From Catajapyx aquilonaris (taxonomy: Eukaryota): a stretch of DNA of 37,108 bases. Where the stretch lies: NCBI GenBank assembly GCA_000934665.2, contig JYFJ02003834.1, forward strand, positions 1 through 37,108, given 5' to 3'. The notes below the pieces were generated by a model. That model had not been told where the DNA came from. It ran no database searches and saw nothing but the letters and a program-made list of their open reading frames with translations. Below, piece after piece: positions 12,441-24,671 of the stretch; position 1 is the first letter of the stretch; each line of letters starts with the position of its first letter. The position numbers and the translations under genes were made by a program.

Positions 12441-13026
12441 GGCATGGATGAGAAGCGATGAGGAGTAACGAGGAACACTCCCTACAGAAGGCGGTACGAT
12501 CAGTGGATCAGCCGTTGCATGGCTTTTCGCTTTTGAAGAACTGGCGTGTAGAGGTCTCTGGCTTGGTCTCTGGAGTCGGACATGGCAGACCCCTCTATCT
12601 TCTCTTCATAAATATGCTATCCTTCGCATCCACGCTCCGTGCCCGTTATAATGGACCCCCTGACACTCCCGGACACTCCTCTAATACGGTAGAGTCGGTA
12701 GTGTAATTTCTGTGTCCAAGATGCTGTGTCCCATCCGGTTGTAGTGTACGTGTGTACCTAAGATACGAGATAGTATGCCATGCCTTGCATGCCAACCGGG
12801 CTATCCCCCCGACAGGGCCACAACGGCACTAAACGGTACTAAACGGCACCTCGCCTGCGCGCCATCGTGCGGGAGGGTCGGGAAGCGCAGCGTACGCGCC
12901 GTTCCGTTCATCGCCGTTCCGATCACTCCATAGGATAACTGCTACTGCGATTCCGCTATCCGCTATCCGCTATCCTGCTATCATATATGGTTGTAGCAGC
13001 TCTTGGTTGTAGTCACATCCGTACGT

Positions 13027-13313
13027 AGGGCTGTATACGCTGACGATAGGGCTGTATACGTGAAGATAGGGCTGTATACGCTGACGATAGGGCTAGTATT
13101 GGTATTTATTGGACTGGCCATGCCCGTCAAGGCCCAACAGCCCACTCACTCCAACACTCCAACACCAACAACAAACATAATACAAAACAAAAAACAACAG
13201 TGCTGCCACCAATCAACCAGACATCAGTCCACCAGTCACCACTCGTATAGTCGTATTTCACTTCGTATTTCGTATGACGATAGGGCTATATACGCTGAAG
13301 ATATAGGGCTGTA
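13027..13313 (+). repeat. ~21-bp tandem repeat (AGGGCTGTATACGCTGACGAT) split by an insertion
   Basis: Three full units at 13027-13088, a partial unit to 13095, and further units at 13275-13313. Confidence 0.85.
13096..13274 (-). mobile_element. 5'-truncated retroposon (LINE 3' end) insertion
   Basis: 14-bp TSD TGACGATAGGGCTA at 13082-13095 and 13275-13288. The minus strand is GT-rich and ends GGCCAGTCCAATAAATACCAATAC. Confidence 0.65.
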
Positions 13314-14297
13314 AATATCAACACGCTCGCCCACTCCACGTAATTGGTCATTTAACAGCGGCCTCACCTCTGCGCAGTATAAGAATCCCCATAAAACTAA
13401 TAATATACCGGTACCTGCTCTCTCTCTTGCATGTTGACGATTCACCTTTTAAATTCACTTAGTCCTATGTTTTCATTGATTCAGGTTCTCGCTCAGATAT
13501 TTCTTACACTAACAATAAATCCGGCTTGCATACTTGCAAAATCCGTACTATGCTAACCTGATACCAAATAAAGTTAGGACATGTGTCTACATACTTCTGC
13601 CATAAATGACCAAAAAGAACACTGAATAAATTTCACAGGAATGACCTTCAAAGGCCTTTTTCTCGAAACTGTTCTCATGTTGGTTGACGCATTATTGCAT
13701 AACACCGTCCATTTAGGCTGACAAAATACGTAGCATTTATGAAATTCTTCAGAAATTCGTGAAAATGGTGGGCACTAAACTATATATTGGAGTAATTTCA
13801 GAACCTCTCCAGACATTTTTCTTTTTGGCCCTGGACAGAGAAGGGAGTAGCCTACAATTCTACCCAGACACGACGTCGATGGGTGAATTTTTCTCTTCAG
13901 TGATATTCAGGAAAAGGGCATAAAAATCACATACAATGGGCCAACTGGCATGCGTGAGTTCAACTGGTGGACCTTATTGGTTATGGCTTCTTGGCCCTGT
14001 GCATAAGGATACGTATATGCATTATGCACTGATCGTGAGTATTTGATGCATGCTCGCAGTATCCTGTAGGCATTCTCGAGTACAGTCGAGATAAATGTTC
14101 AGGAGTAGGCTACAAGACCTGCACCAGGGAAATGTCCAGGAAGTGTATCACACTTCATCCTAGTATTCCATTCCTCCAACTGTGCACAGAATCCTTGTGA
14201 ATGGTACAGTACATCCATCAGCTCTAAGTTAACATACAAATGCCTTAGTTCTTTGAAGGTTAGACCTGTTCTCACTAAATAACAACTTCCTATTAAT

Positions 14298-14653
14298 GGG
14301 GGGTGTGTGGTGGTTGAGATGGTAAGGTCTCTGCTTGCTGAGTGAAAGGTCCCAGGTTCGATCCCCGCCTGGGAGTTCCCTTTCACCTGTGTCAGGAGGG
14401 TCTCTGACCCGTGCCTTGGAGGTGTCTGGCAACCTAACCTCCTGGGGAGCAGCACATGACCCCTTTTCAGACAATGCACTTGCACCCATGTTCCCTCCCC
14501 AAAAATCCCTATCCTTACCCAATGTCCTTGTTTCCCTGCACCGGAGTGAAGTTAACTTAGAAAATTGAGGAAAAATGGTGGTGTACCCCCCCCCCCCTAT
14601 AGAACCCATAAGGGTCATCACGAGGTACAATAAATAAGAAAATAAATAAAAAA
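14298..14653 (+). mobile_element. tRNA-derived SINE, family 4, A-rich tail
   Basis: Head with GGTTCGATCCC B box. 3' end CCCC-TATAGAACCCATAAGGGTCATCACGAGGTA followed by AATAAATAA. Flanked by AACTTCCTA copies. Confidence 0.82.
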
Positions 14654-14660
14654 AACTTCC

Positions 14661-14662
<2 letters not shown>

Positions 14663-14705
<43 letters not shown>

Positions 14706-15205
14706 CAACAACAATAATAATAATGGATACCCCGTGATAGGCCTCCTTGGGCCTCTTAGGGATCATCTTTTCTTCAACCGTCTTTATTCATTTGCCTATC
14801 CTGTGATGGGTTTTGAATGTGGGAGGAAATGGGAGAACCTTGAGAAAAACCACACGGGAGAGCCCATCGAAACTCTATCCACATAAGAGTATCCTCTGTC
14901 CGACTCGCAGAGTGGCCAAGCTAACCGAAATTTTTATCTCAGCTAACTTCCGCTAACAGCTAATTCGGTTAGTAAACCGTGGACAGCGCTAAATTGCTAA
15001 TAATAAACAGCTAGAATGATTAGGGGGTTTCCACTAACCTTTCTAGCTGTTAAGCATTAACGATTTGGTGATGTCCATAGTTTTGCTGAGCAAGTTAGCT
15101 GTTATTGAACGTTAGCTGTGCCCACCTCTGCCGACTCGGGGATAGAACTCGGGATCTTACAGGTGGAAGGCTACGGCGCTAACCACTCGGCCACCGTGTC
15201 GCCCT
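14663..15205 (-). mobile_element. tRNA-derived SINE, family 3 (V-SINE-like), interrupted by a hAT MITE
   Basis: Head GGGCGACACGGTGGCCGAGTGGTTAG, (ATT)n tail, TSD AACTTCCTA at 14654-14662 and 15208-15216. Homologous to 25046-25340. Confidence 0.88.
14908..15130. mobile_element. hAT-type MITE
   Basis: CAGAG...CTCTG termini, GCTAAC subterminal repeats, and a perfect 8-bp TSD CCGACTCG at 14900-14907 and 15131-15138. Confidence 0.88.
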
Positions 15206-15289
15206 ACAACTTCCTATTTTCACAAATGTATAATTTCCCTATGGTAGTAGCAGTCATATAATATGGGGAGTGTAAAAATAAGGATAAGT

Positions 15290-15410
15290 TGAGGGTGTAG
15301 TGGTTAGTGCCACAGCCTTCCATTGCAGAGGTACCGAGTTTGATCTCCAGGTTGAACATAGGATACTTATGTGGAAAGAATTTGTTTCTTGGGTTCTCTC
15401 CACTGTCGAG
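15290..15410 (+). mobile_element. Degenerate 5' fragment of SINE family 3
   Basis: GTAGTGGTTAGTGCCACAGCCTTCCA matches the head of the 25340 copy. Confidence 0.65.
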
Positions 15411-16002
15411 GAGTGTGCATATATAATTATATGGGTGATTCTCCAAAAACGTACCAATACCATGTCCCGGCATAATAACTCAAAAATGGCTTGACTGAGA
15501 GAGTTGATATTTTAAACATTTGTAGAAGCAGTTGACACCTAGCCATCCCCATGAAAACAAATAAAAATATTAAATTTAGTTTTACTGCAAAAAATGTCTA
15601 AGGGGTTAAAATCACTATTCTTGGCATGTCCCGATCTCATTTTAAAGCATGCTATATTTTCTTACAATTTTATGAATAACATTAGACAAGTTTCAGTACT
15701 ATAATTAAATTGTACATAGTTGAAGGTATAAAACAACATTTTTAAAACGATTTATTAATTTCACGTGACCTTGCTGCATCACTCCAAAGTGTGTCCCGAG
15801 TTTTCATGTTAGTCTCCTGGATCAGGATATTATTTTAAAATTTGCAGTGAAACAAAGGTATTTTTTACTTAGTTATTTGGCAACACTGCTTCTCCATGAC
15901 ACCTTGACTTAACTGCAGATTGATGTGGAAGGGGTACGTCTTCTAGTGGGTTAAAAAAATTAAGGCGTTTAAAATTCAGTTATGTGGCACATTCTGCACT
16001 CC

Positions 16003-16577
16003 CACTCCTGGCTCATTTTTCTATGTCACAAAATAGCTTAAATGTTTTGAAATAACTGTGATTCCATAGCATGACGGGTCTTCTTGTGCCCACCGAAATC
16101 TCCATAGACAACGTTTGTTCTGGACCGTGATATTAATCCTAAAGCATCCAAAGGCCATTCTTCTGGCTCACAAACTCCCGGAAATAAAAAGTTCACACTC
16201 CTGGCTCAGTTTTCTATGTCACAAAATAGCTTAAATGTTTTGAAATAACTGTGATTCCATGGCATGAAGGGTATTCTTGAGCCCACCGAAATCTCCATAG
16301 ACAACGTTTGTTCTGGACCGTGATATTAATCCTAAAGCATCCAGAGGCCATTAAACTCCCGGAAATAAAAAGTTCACACTCCTGGCTCATTTTTCTACGT
16401 CACAAAATAGCTTAAATGTTTTGAAATAACTGTGATTCCATGTCATGAAGGGTATTCTTGAGCCCACAGAAATTGCCGGAGTCAACGCTTGTTCTGGACC
16501 GGGATATTAATCCTATTGTATGCATAGGTCATTCTTCCGGCTCCCGAACTCCTGGAAATAATATTCACTCTCCTGGC
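16003..16577 (+). repeat. Three tandem ~181-193-bp repeats
   Basis: Units start CACTCCTGGCTCA at 16003, 16196 and 16377 and share GTCACAAAATAGCTTAAATGTTTTGAAATAACTGTGATTCCAT. Confidence 0.93.
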
Positions 16578-16620
16578 ATAATCTGTCACTCTCCTGGTGG
16601 CTAACAGGATCCCTGCCAGG

Positions 16621-17208
16621 ATTTTACAGTTAACCGCAATAATTTTTATTGGAAGTTGTTCCTCATAATATTAGATCAAGAAGTGAAACTCAATTTTTAA
16701 ATATCTGTCTCCCAAGTAGTGAACATCTGGGCTCAAAAGTAGAAAGTTTCCAATTTATTGTACTTGAAATGGCCACAGTAGGCATTAAAAAGCTTCCGGA
16801 ATTTTAATATTAATTTTTCAGACGCTAGTGGCTGATGTCTAATATTTTGAAACGCATATTGTTCACAAAAAGTATTATTTAATAAAAATAATTTCTACTT
16901 GCACAATGTGGCAACACTGAAAATGGAACATTACACTGTTGCGCGCAGTTAAAATTTTAACAAAATTATCGTTCTTGAACAAGATGCGACTCAACTCAAC
17001 TAGTGTCTGAAAAATTAATATTAAAATTCCGGCAGCTTTTTAGTCCCTACTGTGGTCATCTCAAGTGCAACAATATTCCAAATTCTCGACTTTGGAGCCC
17101 AGGTTTTCACTACTTTGGGGACAGATATTTAAAAACTGAGTTTCACTTTTTGATATAATATTGTAAGGAACGACTTCCAATAAAAATAATTTTGGTTAAC
17201 TGCAAAAT
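16621..17208. repeat. Inverted repeat with ~210-bp arms
   Basis: 16621-16832 is the reverse complement of ~16997-17208 (e.g. CCGGAATTTTAATATTAATTTTTCAGAC). Confidence 0.85.
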
Positions 17209-17412
17209 CAATTTCGGAAGGTTTCCCCCATTTTAGAATATGAGACTTAGTTCCCCATATTTTTCCCTGATTTGTGACCTCATATAGAGTAAGTGAGAAT
17301 TTTTCCAGATTTTTAAAACAAGTTTTGAAATTCATTAATTTTTGCTTTGAAAATGGTACGTTTTTGGAGAATCACCCATATACAGGTCTGGCAAATTATC
17401 AGTCGGTCTTAT

Positions 17413-17830
17413 CAGTGCCGGATTTAAGGCAAGGCAACATAGGCAGTTGCCTAGGCGGCAGATTTCAGCATACAAAAAAAGTTAACGAAGGATTAATAAT
17501 TAATATTTACACGACTGGGAGTGTAAATACCGGATTTACCATCAGGCGGAGTAGGCAATTGCCAAGGGGCGGCTGCGAGATGCCATAAATATTTTTCAAA
17601 TAGGCTCCAATAATAGGAAATAAAGGCCGAAATCATTAAAAATTCAAATTTGCCACTCTGAGGCTGAAAACCCTAAGGGCAGCCCCTAGTTTCTATATAA
17701 AATGTTTAAACTCAAATAAAATTAAATGAAGGCGAGAACTCAAGAGAAAATTTGATTTTTAAGCAGAATGGGGCAGGGGGAGGGGGGGTCTCAACTGCCT
17801 AGGGCAGCAGATGGGGTAAATCCGGCACTG
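17413..17830. mobile_element. hAT-type MITE
   Basis: TIR CAGTGCCGGATTTA / TAAATCCGGCACTG. Flanks GGTCTTAT and CCTCTTAT match at 6 of 8 positions. Confidence 0.8.
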
Positions 17831-18166
17831 CCTCTTATCACTTGGATCTTCCGAGTCCCACCTGCTTGCTGATCCACTAAGTGTATGGAGCAACACCCCT
17901 ACACTGTGGCGAAAATTATTACTATTATTCAGAACAGATGATGAGAACGGGGATGAAAACAAGACCCAGTGCTAATAAGGAACGAACGGACCATGCCTAC
18001 TAGATTTGAATTGGCGGTTTGGGAGTCTTGGTCCTCCGTGTTCCGCTACCAGATTCTGTGTGTGTCGTTTGGTGTGTCGCCTGTTGGTTAAAGTAACTAA
18101 AGGAACGGAACAAGCGGAACACAAGCGATGCGGCAACTCACTAACTACTGATATGATGATCTGAGG

Positions 18167-18509
18167 CAGGGGCGGATCCAGAGAGGAATTTTGGGGGAGG
18201 AACTATTCTGTATTAATGTTGCCCCCCCCCCCCCCCCCCCCNTGCAAAGCCAGGCGCGTAAGCAGAATTTTTTTTGGAGGGGGGCCGATTTCATAAGCAC
18301 TAGTTGAACAAAGCCGTAAATGACGGGGTGGGCGAAATTTTTTGGGGGGGTTCAAGGTCACACGAGCTTAGGTGAATGTGGGAGGTGTGAGTTTAGTATG
18401 AAACAAGGCCGCGCCATATCGCGGCCGTTCGAAAAAATCGCAGTACGAATGAAATCTGAGGTGATTGGTATAATGTTAAAGAGTCTTAGGCCCCATGGAT
18501 CCGCCCCTG
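18167..18509. mobile_element. hAT-type MITE (contains an N in a poly-C run; possibly composite)
   Basis: TIR CAGGGGCGGATCCA / TGGATCCGCCCCTG. Flanks TCTGAGG and TCTAAGG. Confidence 0.72.
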
Positions 18510-18554
18510 TCTAAGGTCACGGAGATCTGACAAAAACCTGTATGGAACAAACTG

Positions 18555-18735
18555 AGTTGCAGTGGGTGCATTCTCTCCATGTCTGCATGAGTTGTCTCGG
18601 GGTTGTCCTGTTTCCTACCACAAGCAAAACCCATCCCAGCACAGGTAATGATTAAAGTTGGTTATTAAAAAGATAATCCCCTAATGGCCCAAATAGGGGG
18701 CCAAACATGGGGTATCCACCACCATCACCACCACC
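18555..18735 (+). mobile_element. Old SINE family-3 relative
   Basis: Degenerate central domain (TTCTCTCCATGTCTGCATG...TTTCCTACCACA), the shared 3' hairpin, GGGGTATCC and an (ACC)n tail. Confidence 0.6.
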
Positions 18736-19423
18736 ACAAGGGAAAGTTCAGCTGGTGGTGGATTTGGGGTTACAACCAAGAAAGGAACACTATTTCCAGC
18801 ATTCATGTGAAATCCAAGAAGTAAAAAAAAAACTCTTTTAAAATAATTGAAAGCCAAGATTTGACCTTGCACTTGCTAGAAGACAAAAAATCCTAGGTTG
18901 CTCCCTCATTAGGACTCACTTCACCAGGCTACAGAGCAGAAAAAATGCTACTTACAGTTAGTTGTCTAAATAGCTCGAAACTTCCAAAATTGGACTTAGT
19001 GAATTTCACTTGCATGCCCAGGAAATGTACCAAACACCGTTTTTGTTTGTTTTTTTGCATTGTTATAAATGGACAACAAGATTTTATATCCATGCACAAG
19101 GCATGGCGAACACATTTTAAATATACAGATATAAATAACATCATTCCAAATACATTTTAAATATGCAGGTATAAATAATAACAGTGCAGTGATAAATGCC
19201 AATTGCTATTTTACACAAAATTAAAAGCATCAAGATATGCTTACACTTGAGGAAATGTTGAAAACACTATGATATCAGAAACATAAATGCCTGCCCTCCT
19301 GCACAAAGAAAATATTGGCCAGTGGGTTTGGCATCATGTTGTCTGAAGCCACTAGTATGAGCCACCCTGATGTGAGCATTGTCTCTGCCAGAGTTTGATT
19401 GGCTAGGCTTGTGGCCATCTTAA

Positions 19424-19577
19424 GCATAAACACACTTGGCCACCATGGCCTGGCCACTATGCCTTTGCATTGTTTCAAGTGTAGCCTTTCATACATGGTG
19501 GCCCCCATCTGCATGCTTGGTGTCACAGCCAAATATTATGTGGTGGCATGGCCACGGTGGCCTTCTGTGTTTATGCC
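19424..19577. repeat. Degenerate inverted repeat (old MITE)
   Basis: GCATAAACACACTTGGCCACCATGGCC pairs with GGCCACGGTGGCCTTCTGTGTTTATGC. Confidence 0.55.
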
Positions 19578-20123
19578 CGTAGTGGCGTGGGTCAACAACT
19601 GGCTAATTGGAGTAAAGGATTTTAACCACTCCTGGCAGGGCCTCCTGCCTCCTTAATGGTACAGGGCAACTAGCCCACATCAACACACACCCTGTCGTCC
19701 TTGCATACTACCTGAATCTTTGAGAGGGCAAATCCCGCAGAGACAGGAGGGATGGGAAATGCCAAATGTAAACCACAGGCCTAATGATGGTTGTGACAGG
19801 CTTTAAAGGTCTCTTCATTTCAGCACCATTAAGTCGTCATTTGTTGCAAGTGTGGCCCCTCCCTCCCTCTTCATGGGTATGAATTTGACCCCATGAAGGC
19901 TCAGGTTGTTGATAAGGTCACCAGGGTTCATGCTGCATAGAAGTGGTGTGACTTGAGGCAGTGATAGATGTGTTATGTATACAAATCCCTTTATCCTATT
20001 TGGGGCTTTCGGCCTCATCTCCTAAGAAAAGTACAAAAAAAGATAAAAGAGTAGCTTGTGAAAAATGATGTTTGGTATATCCATTCAAGTTCCAAGTTTC
20101 AGGTGTGAAAGAACTTCATTTCA

Positions 20124-20519
20124 TTAATGTTCAAGAGAAAGAGAATTGTCCAGTGCAGCTAGAATATTCCTAAGCTTCTTCATATCAATGGCAGGTAGAG
20201 TTGAGTTTCTAGTATCATTTTTCTTTTCCTCCTTGTATGTTACTTCACCCACCATAGAAGGCCTGCTCTTCTTGGGTTTCTGTTGATGATTTCCATTTGC
20301 TGTGGTCTTGCGCAGAGTGCCTCTTGTGTTCCTTGCACATTGTTTGTTTTTCAACACAATTTTCTTGTTTCTTTGAGTACATTGAAGTGATGTTCTGTAT
20401 CCAGGAACCTCTCTTTCCATAATTTTCTCAAGAATGTGGGCTGCTTTACTGTCAGTAGCACCATCAGATTTTGTCTGCACAAAGAATACGCAATCTTGGG
20501 AAGGCATTTCAAATGTTAC
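20124..20519 (-). CDS. G2E3/PHF7-like gene copy B, probable last coding exon (basic, low-conservation tail)
   Basis: Strong acceptor T12-CCAG and a phase-0 open frame of 131 aa, VTFEMPSQD...LRNILAALDNSLSLEH*. Phase fits exon 25509-25638. Confidence 0.7.
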   Translation of the reverse strand, partial: VTFEMPSQDCVFFVQTKSDGATDSKAAHILEKIMEREVPGYRTSLQCTQRNKKIVLKNKQCARNTRGTLRKTTANGNHQQKPKKSRPSMVGEVTYKEEKKNDTRNSTLPAIDMKKLRNILAALDNSLSLEH

Positions 20520-20545
20520 CTGGAAAAAAAAAAACATTCCTTTTA

Positions 20546-21254
20546 CAGGTTGTTTCACTAGGTAGTCCCCCCAAAGAATCAACTATATTTTTCTTCTCAC
20601 TCTACCTAGAAATGTGATGTTTGGTTTAAAACTCACCTTAGTTCATGGGAATGTAGAGCTATTCAAATTATAAGCTGTAATTGACATTCCCCGACCTCTG
20701 TACACACTTGAACTCAACACAACGCAAATCTCCTTATTATTGCAAGTCGTCCCCAGCATATCAACACTAACAGTCCGGATTGCTGCACCAATGTTGCTTC
20801 TTTCCCAGTCTTCTAATGTCCAGGTTTATTGTTGCAAGTACAACTTTTCAAATATCCCCATTTGTGGCTCTTTGCCAAGTAAAAACAGAATACCCAGTTT
20901 CTTGTGACATCATAGTGACTTTTTTGGTGATTCCAGCAGACTGTGCTCACCTGCTTCAATTTTTTATTTCTGTAAAAGAGGTCTTCTGCCACAGCACTAG
21001 TCTGAAACACTCAGTGCAGCAATCCGGGCTGTTAATGTCGATATGCCGTGGCGAGCCTTCGGTAATAAGGTGATTCGCGTTGCATTGCGTTCGAGTGCGT
21101 TCTATGTCTCTGAAGGTCAATTACAGCATTTATTGTGAATGGTGCTATATTCCCATGAACTAGGTCAATTTTAAACCAAACACCATGTTTTTAGGTTGAG
21201 TGGGAAGAAAAATACAGCTGGTTCTTAGGGAGAACTACCTAGTGAAACACCCTG
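20546..21254. mobile_element. Tc1/mariner-type MITE with ~245-bp diverged TIRs
   Basis: TA|CAGGTTGTTTCACTAGGTAGT...ACTACCTAGTGAAACACCCTG. 20546-20789 mirrors 21014-21254. Confidence 0.82.
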
Positions 21255-22879
21255 CAAAAGAATTTTAGAAAACATGGTAGCTACCAAAGGAAATATACTG
21301 ACTTTATGAGGGTTGTGCTCGGTCAGAAAATAACGCATATCTGCGTGTGGGTTAACACAAAACAGAGAAAACTGAATCCAGTCGTCTATTTGTTCAATAG
21401 GCACAACATTTCAGACCTAGTATTTGTTTTGAAATTGGTCTCCAAGTTCTTTTGTCGAGGGACAAAAAAAAATCTGACTGGCATAATTTGATGGGATAAT
21501 TTTTCACTTGATTTGTCCTTTGAAAATTATGTTTCTCATGTCAATATGATTTTTTGAAAACCACACAGAAACCATGATCTTTCATTAACCTTTATATCCC
21601 GCTGGCCTGAATATTGGGACAACGGAAAAAATCACCATATCTCGATGGTCAAGGTCACGATAATGATGGTTGAGATGTCGTCGGAATCGTTACAATATAA
21701 GACGCACGTCACAAATATTCGATGTTTTTAAGTCAATGACATGGATATTTTAAAACGTTGACGTGATTTTTTTAAAATGTGAATTTCGCGCCATTATATA
21801 GCTCTTAGAAGTGCAATAATGCTTATATGGAGTGAAAAACTGTTCGCATGCATGACTCAAGTCCCCTTCTATACAACACATAAGTTTGACATATTTAGGT
21901 CCACTTATAAGACGGTAAAAAAAAGAGGCTGAGGATCGGGTTACGGTTGCCTGTACTTGTGTCCGAGTCAATGCAGCATTGCCTTATATTTCCTTCATTA
22001 CGCCAAAATAACCCTTGAAAACATCTGGAGCTGAAGCTAGTAATTATTGGCATCGTTTAGTTATACTATGGTGAAAAATAAGGCATAACAAAGTATGTAA
22101 TTAGAGAAAGCCCAATAACATGGCAGCCATCTTTGATATAGATTATAGCAATTAAGTTAATGGCATAATTTCTAAATTTCTCGATTTACTTCCTAAACTG
22201 CAATGAATGGTCATGAATTTCTTTATGCTCATTGGGCAGATAGTGAACAACTCTGAAACACGGATGTAACATTGCTGAACTTTGAATTTGGCACGTTACA
22301 GGACTTACAGCTGATTCATTGTAAGAATTTATGAAAAAATTCAATATAGGTAGCCTGTGGCCAATTATTGTCAATAGCTAGCTCTTGTTAAAAGGTTGGC
22401 TTTGGTCACCTTGGTGGTGAGGAAAAACAGACCACTGACTCATCCTGATGTGGCTGATGACAAGGCGAGGGTTGTAACTATAATTAAACCCCACCCTCGA
22501 AAAATTCCCTATGGTGGTAGAGGAAGGGTTAAACATATTAGGGCCAACCGCATTAAGTTTTCCCTGTTGATGGTCTAGTTTATCATGGGACTACAAGAGA
22601 AATCCATTATGTAAAAAAAAAAAACACACACACACACAGTGCAAAGATTTGTCCTTGTATTTGTTTGCATGCTAGTGAATACACAAAATCCAGGATAGCT
22701 GGCACATTGTGAATCTAAAGGCCTAAATGGACTCTCTCTCACCACAGATGTTTTTTTTTTTTTTTAACCTTAGTGGTATTAAACACTAAAAAGCTCCCAA
22801 AATGGGACCTAGTGGGTTTCGCTTGTTTTCTCATAATGTAGCAACTTTGTCAGCTAGTGTCAAACAGAGTGAATAATAA

Positions 22880-23871
22880 CACTGACTTACAAAAAAATAA
22901 AAATCAGTGGATATCTTGGTATCCAACAAGAATTCTAAGACAATTGAAACATGCTGATTCAAAATATGCAAACCATTTGTCTCTATCACCCACCATTCTT
23001 GAGATATCAGACATCAACCATCTATATATGTTTAACATTGTATCAATGCATACAACTCACAGAAAGAAGTTTATTATTGCTACATGGACTCCTGGAGTAC
23101 TAATGAACATGGCTTTAGCTATGACAATAGTGCAAATGCATCACATAACCCATACACTATATAGTAAATTCTAGTTGAAGGTATAATACACACATAAATT
23201 ACATACATCTACATACGATAAATAAGGATGTGTTTGAGATTGTTTGTCGCTTATAGAAATCCAGGGGAAGGCCCATACATCGCCTTAAACTAGCATGTCA
23301 CGGGTTACATCATTTTTCGAGGAATTTAACGCCGTGTGTAACGCAAATACATCGCTAATTGCAGAGGTCACCATTCTTGGGCATGTGACTGAACAAGTGA
23401 CCAAGGAAATGCTATAAAAATTCGTTTTTACATTTTAGAGGAAAACTAATTCCATAGGTGCATTTTAATGGTGTTTCTCTTTCTTTTGATATATATGATC
23501 ATTGGGTTTTGACCACTTCCACTAACCAAAAAAGAAAAGAAAAAATCTAAAAAGGCTTCATTTTCAGCCGTTTCCAGATTTTTGCGATTTTCCCCCTCAT
23601 CATGGTATTGCGCAATATGGTTTTATAAGCAGCATTAAGGAATAGGTGAGTACATCTGTGATTATTTTCACCCAGCTTCGAGACGGTCTAGCAACATTTA
23701 GGCCCACTTGATTTGGAAAGACCCCTAGTAAACCGTTCCAAACTTTAAAACGATATATCTCAAAAACTGTGCCTGACAGCACAATTCTAATTACATATTT
23801 GGAATCAGCATGAAAAACTGCATAAGAGACTGTAAACATCATGTCAGATATCTACAGCTTGTAAGTCAGTG
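22880..23871. mobile_element. Chapaev3 (CMC)-type non-autonomous element
   Basis: TAA|CACTGACTTACAA...TTGTAAGTCAGTG|TAA (CAC termini, 3-bp TWA TSD). Subterminal inverted motif CATGCTGATTC(A/C)AAATATG. Confidence 0.75.
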
Positions 23872-24631
23872 TAATTAATAACCATCACTATGGTACAGTA
23901 CCAGGCATAACTTCACAGAAAGTGATCTTAAAAGCACACTTAGAAACAAGCACCTGGGTTGTTGGGATATTGTATCCATGAGTCAGAAGTTATATAGTGT
24001 TATATGTACAGCCCTAATCATAAAGTTGGAGATGACAGGCCCTCTGGCAGGGGGCTCTACCAGTCCCTGCCATTACAGTATCAAATAATATATGGTAATA
24101 AATACACAAATACATGCCTAAAGCAGCTAGCTCAGCCCAAAAAGTCCATTAATTTGAGTCGGATAAAGAAAGAAAGGTCGCAGTGTCTCCAACTTTATGC
24201 TCGGGGATGTACATTGGAACTACAGGGAGTATCTGAAATAAGTGCGCACACAGTATTTTGAAGAACAATATAGTGACTAGAAAGGAACATTTTTCGCCAA
24301 TACACTTAGTGCCGCAAATGCGTCATTCGTCAGAAATTGAGGGTCTGTGTTACTCCTTCCTGTATGGATGTGGCCTCATCTGTTAACATGACGATAGCAG
24401 GGGAGCCAAGCGAGGGCACAGTTCGCTGCAACAACCACTGGCAGTCTCCTTGATGAGGTGGAAAGTCAGCTGGAGAGAATGATTGGAGCATGATTGGACA
24501 ATGACACAGATCTTCATGCAAAATTTTACTCATGCGCCTGAGGTAAAACTCGTATAGTTCATGTACTAGTGGACGGGCTGTGCTCAAATAGGTGTAGCAC
24601 TGCCTGCTCCTCCACATCTGGCGTCCGGACA

Positions 24632-24634
<3 letters not shown>

Positions 24635-24671
<37 letters not shown>

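Larger units (their letters stand above)
15433..17377. mobile_element. ~1.95-kb non-autonomous TIR element (Sola-like) with internal satellite and inverted repeat
   Basis: ATAT|GGGTGATTCTCCAAAAACGTACCA...TGGTACGTTTTTGGAGAATCACCC|ATAT, a perfect 24-bp TIR. Confidence 0.85.

Noticed and set aside
13027..13313. CRISPR-like direct repeats
   Set aside because: The units are contiguous with no unique spacers, the single interruption has a TSD, the context is eukaryotic and there are no cas genes.
18222..18250. Poly-C tract as a G-quadruplex or regulatory element
   Set aside because: It contains an N at 18242, so its length and the join are unreliable. G/C runs are typical of these hAT MITEs.
20640..21110. 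Cys/His-rich exon candidates for copy B (including ORF 20813-21010)
   Set aside because: They lie within the 20546-21254 MITE and its inverted arms, and no long consistent frame exists.
22190..22477. Two small candidate exons of copy B (22410-22477, phase 0 to 2; 22190-22252, phase 2 to 2)
   Set aside because: They are open with AG/GT ends, but I found no convincing phase 2-to-0 exon to rejoin 20519 and there is no homology support. RNA-seq is needed.
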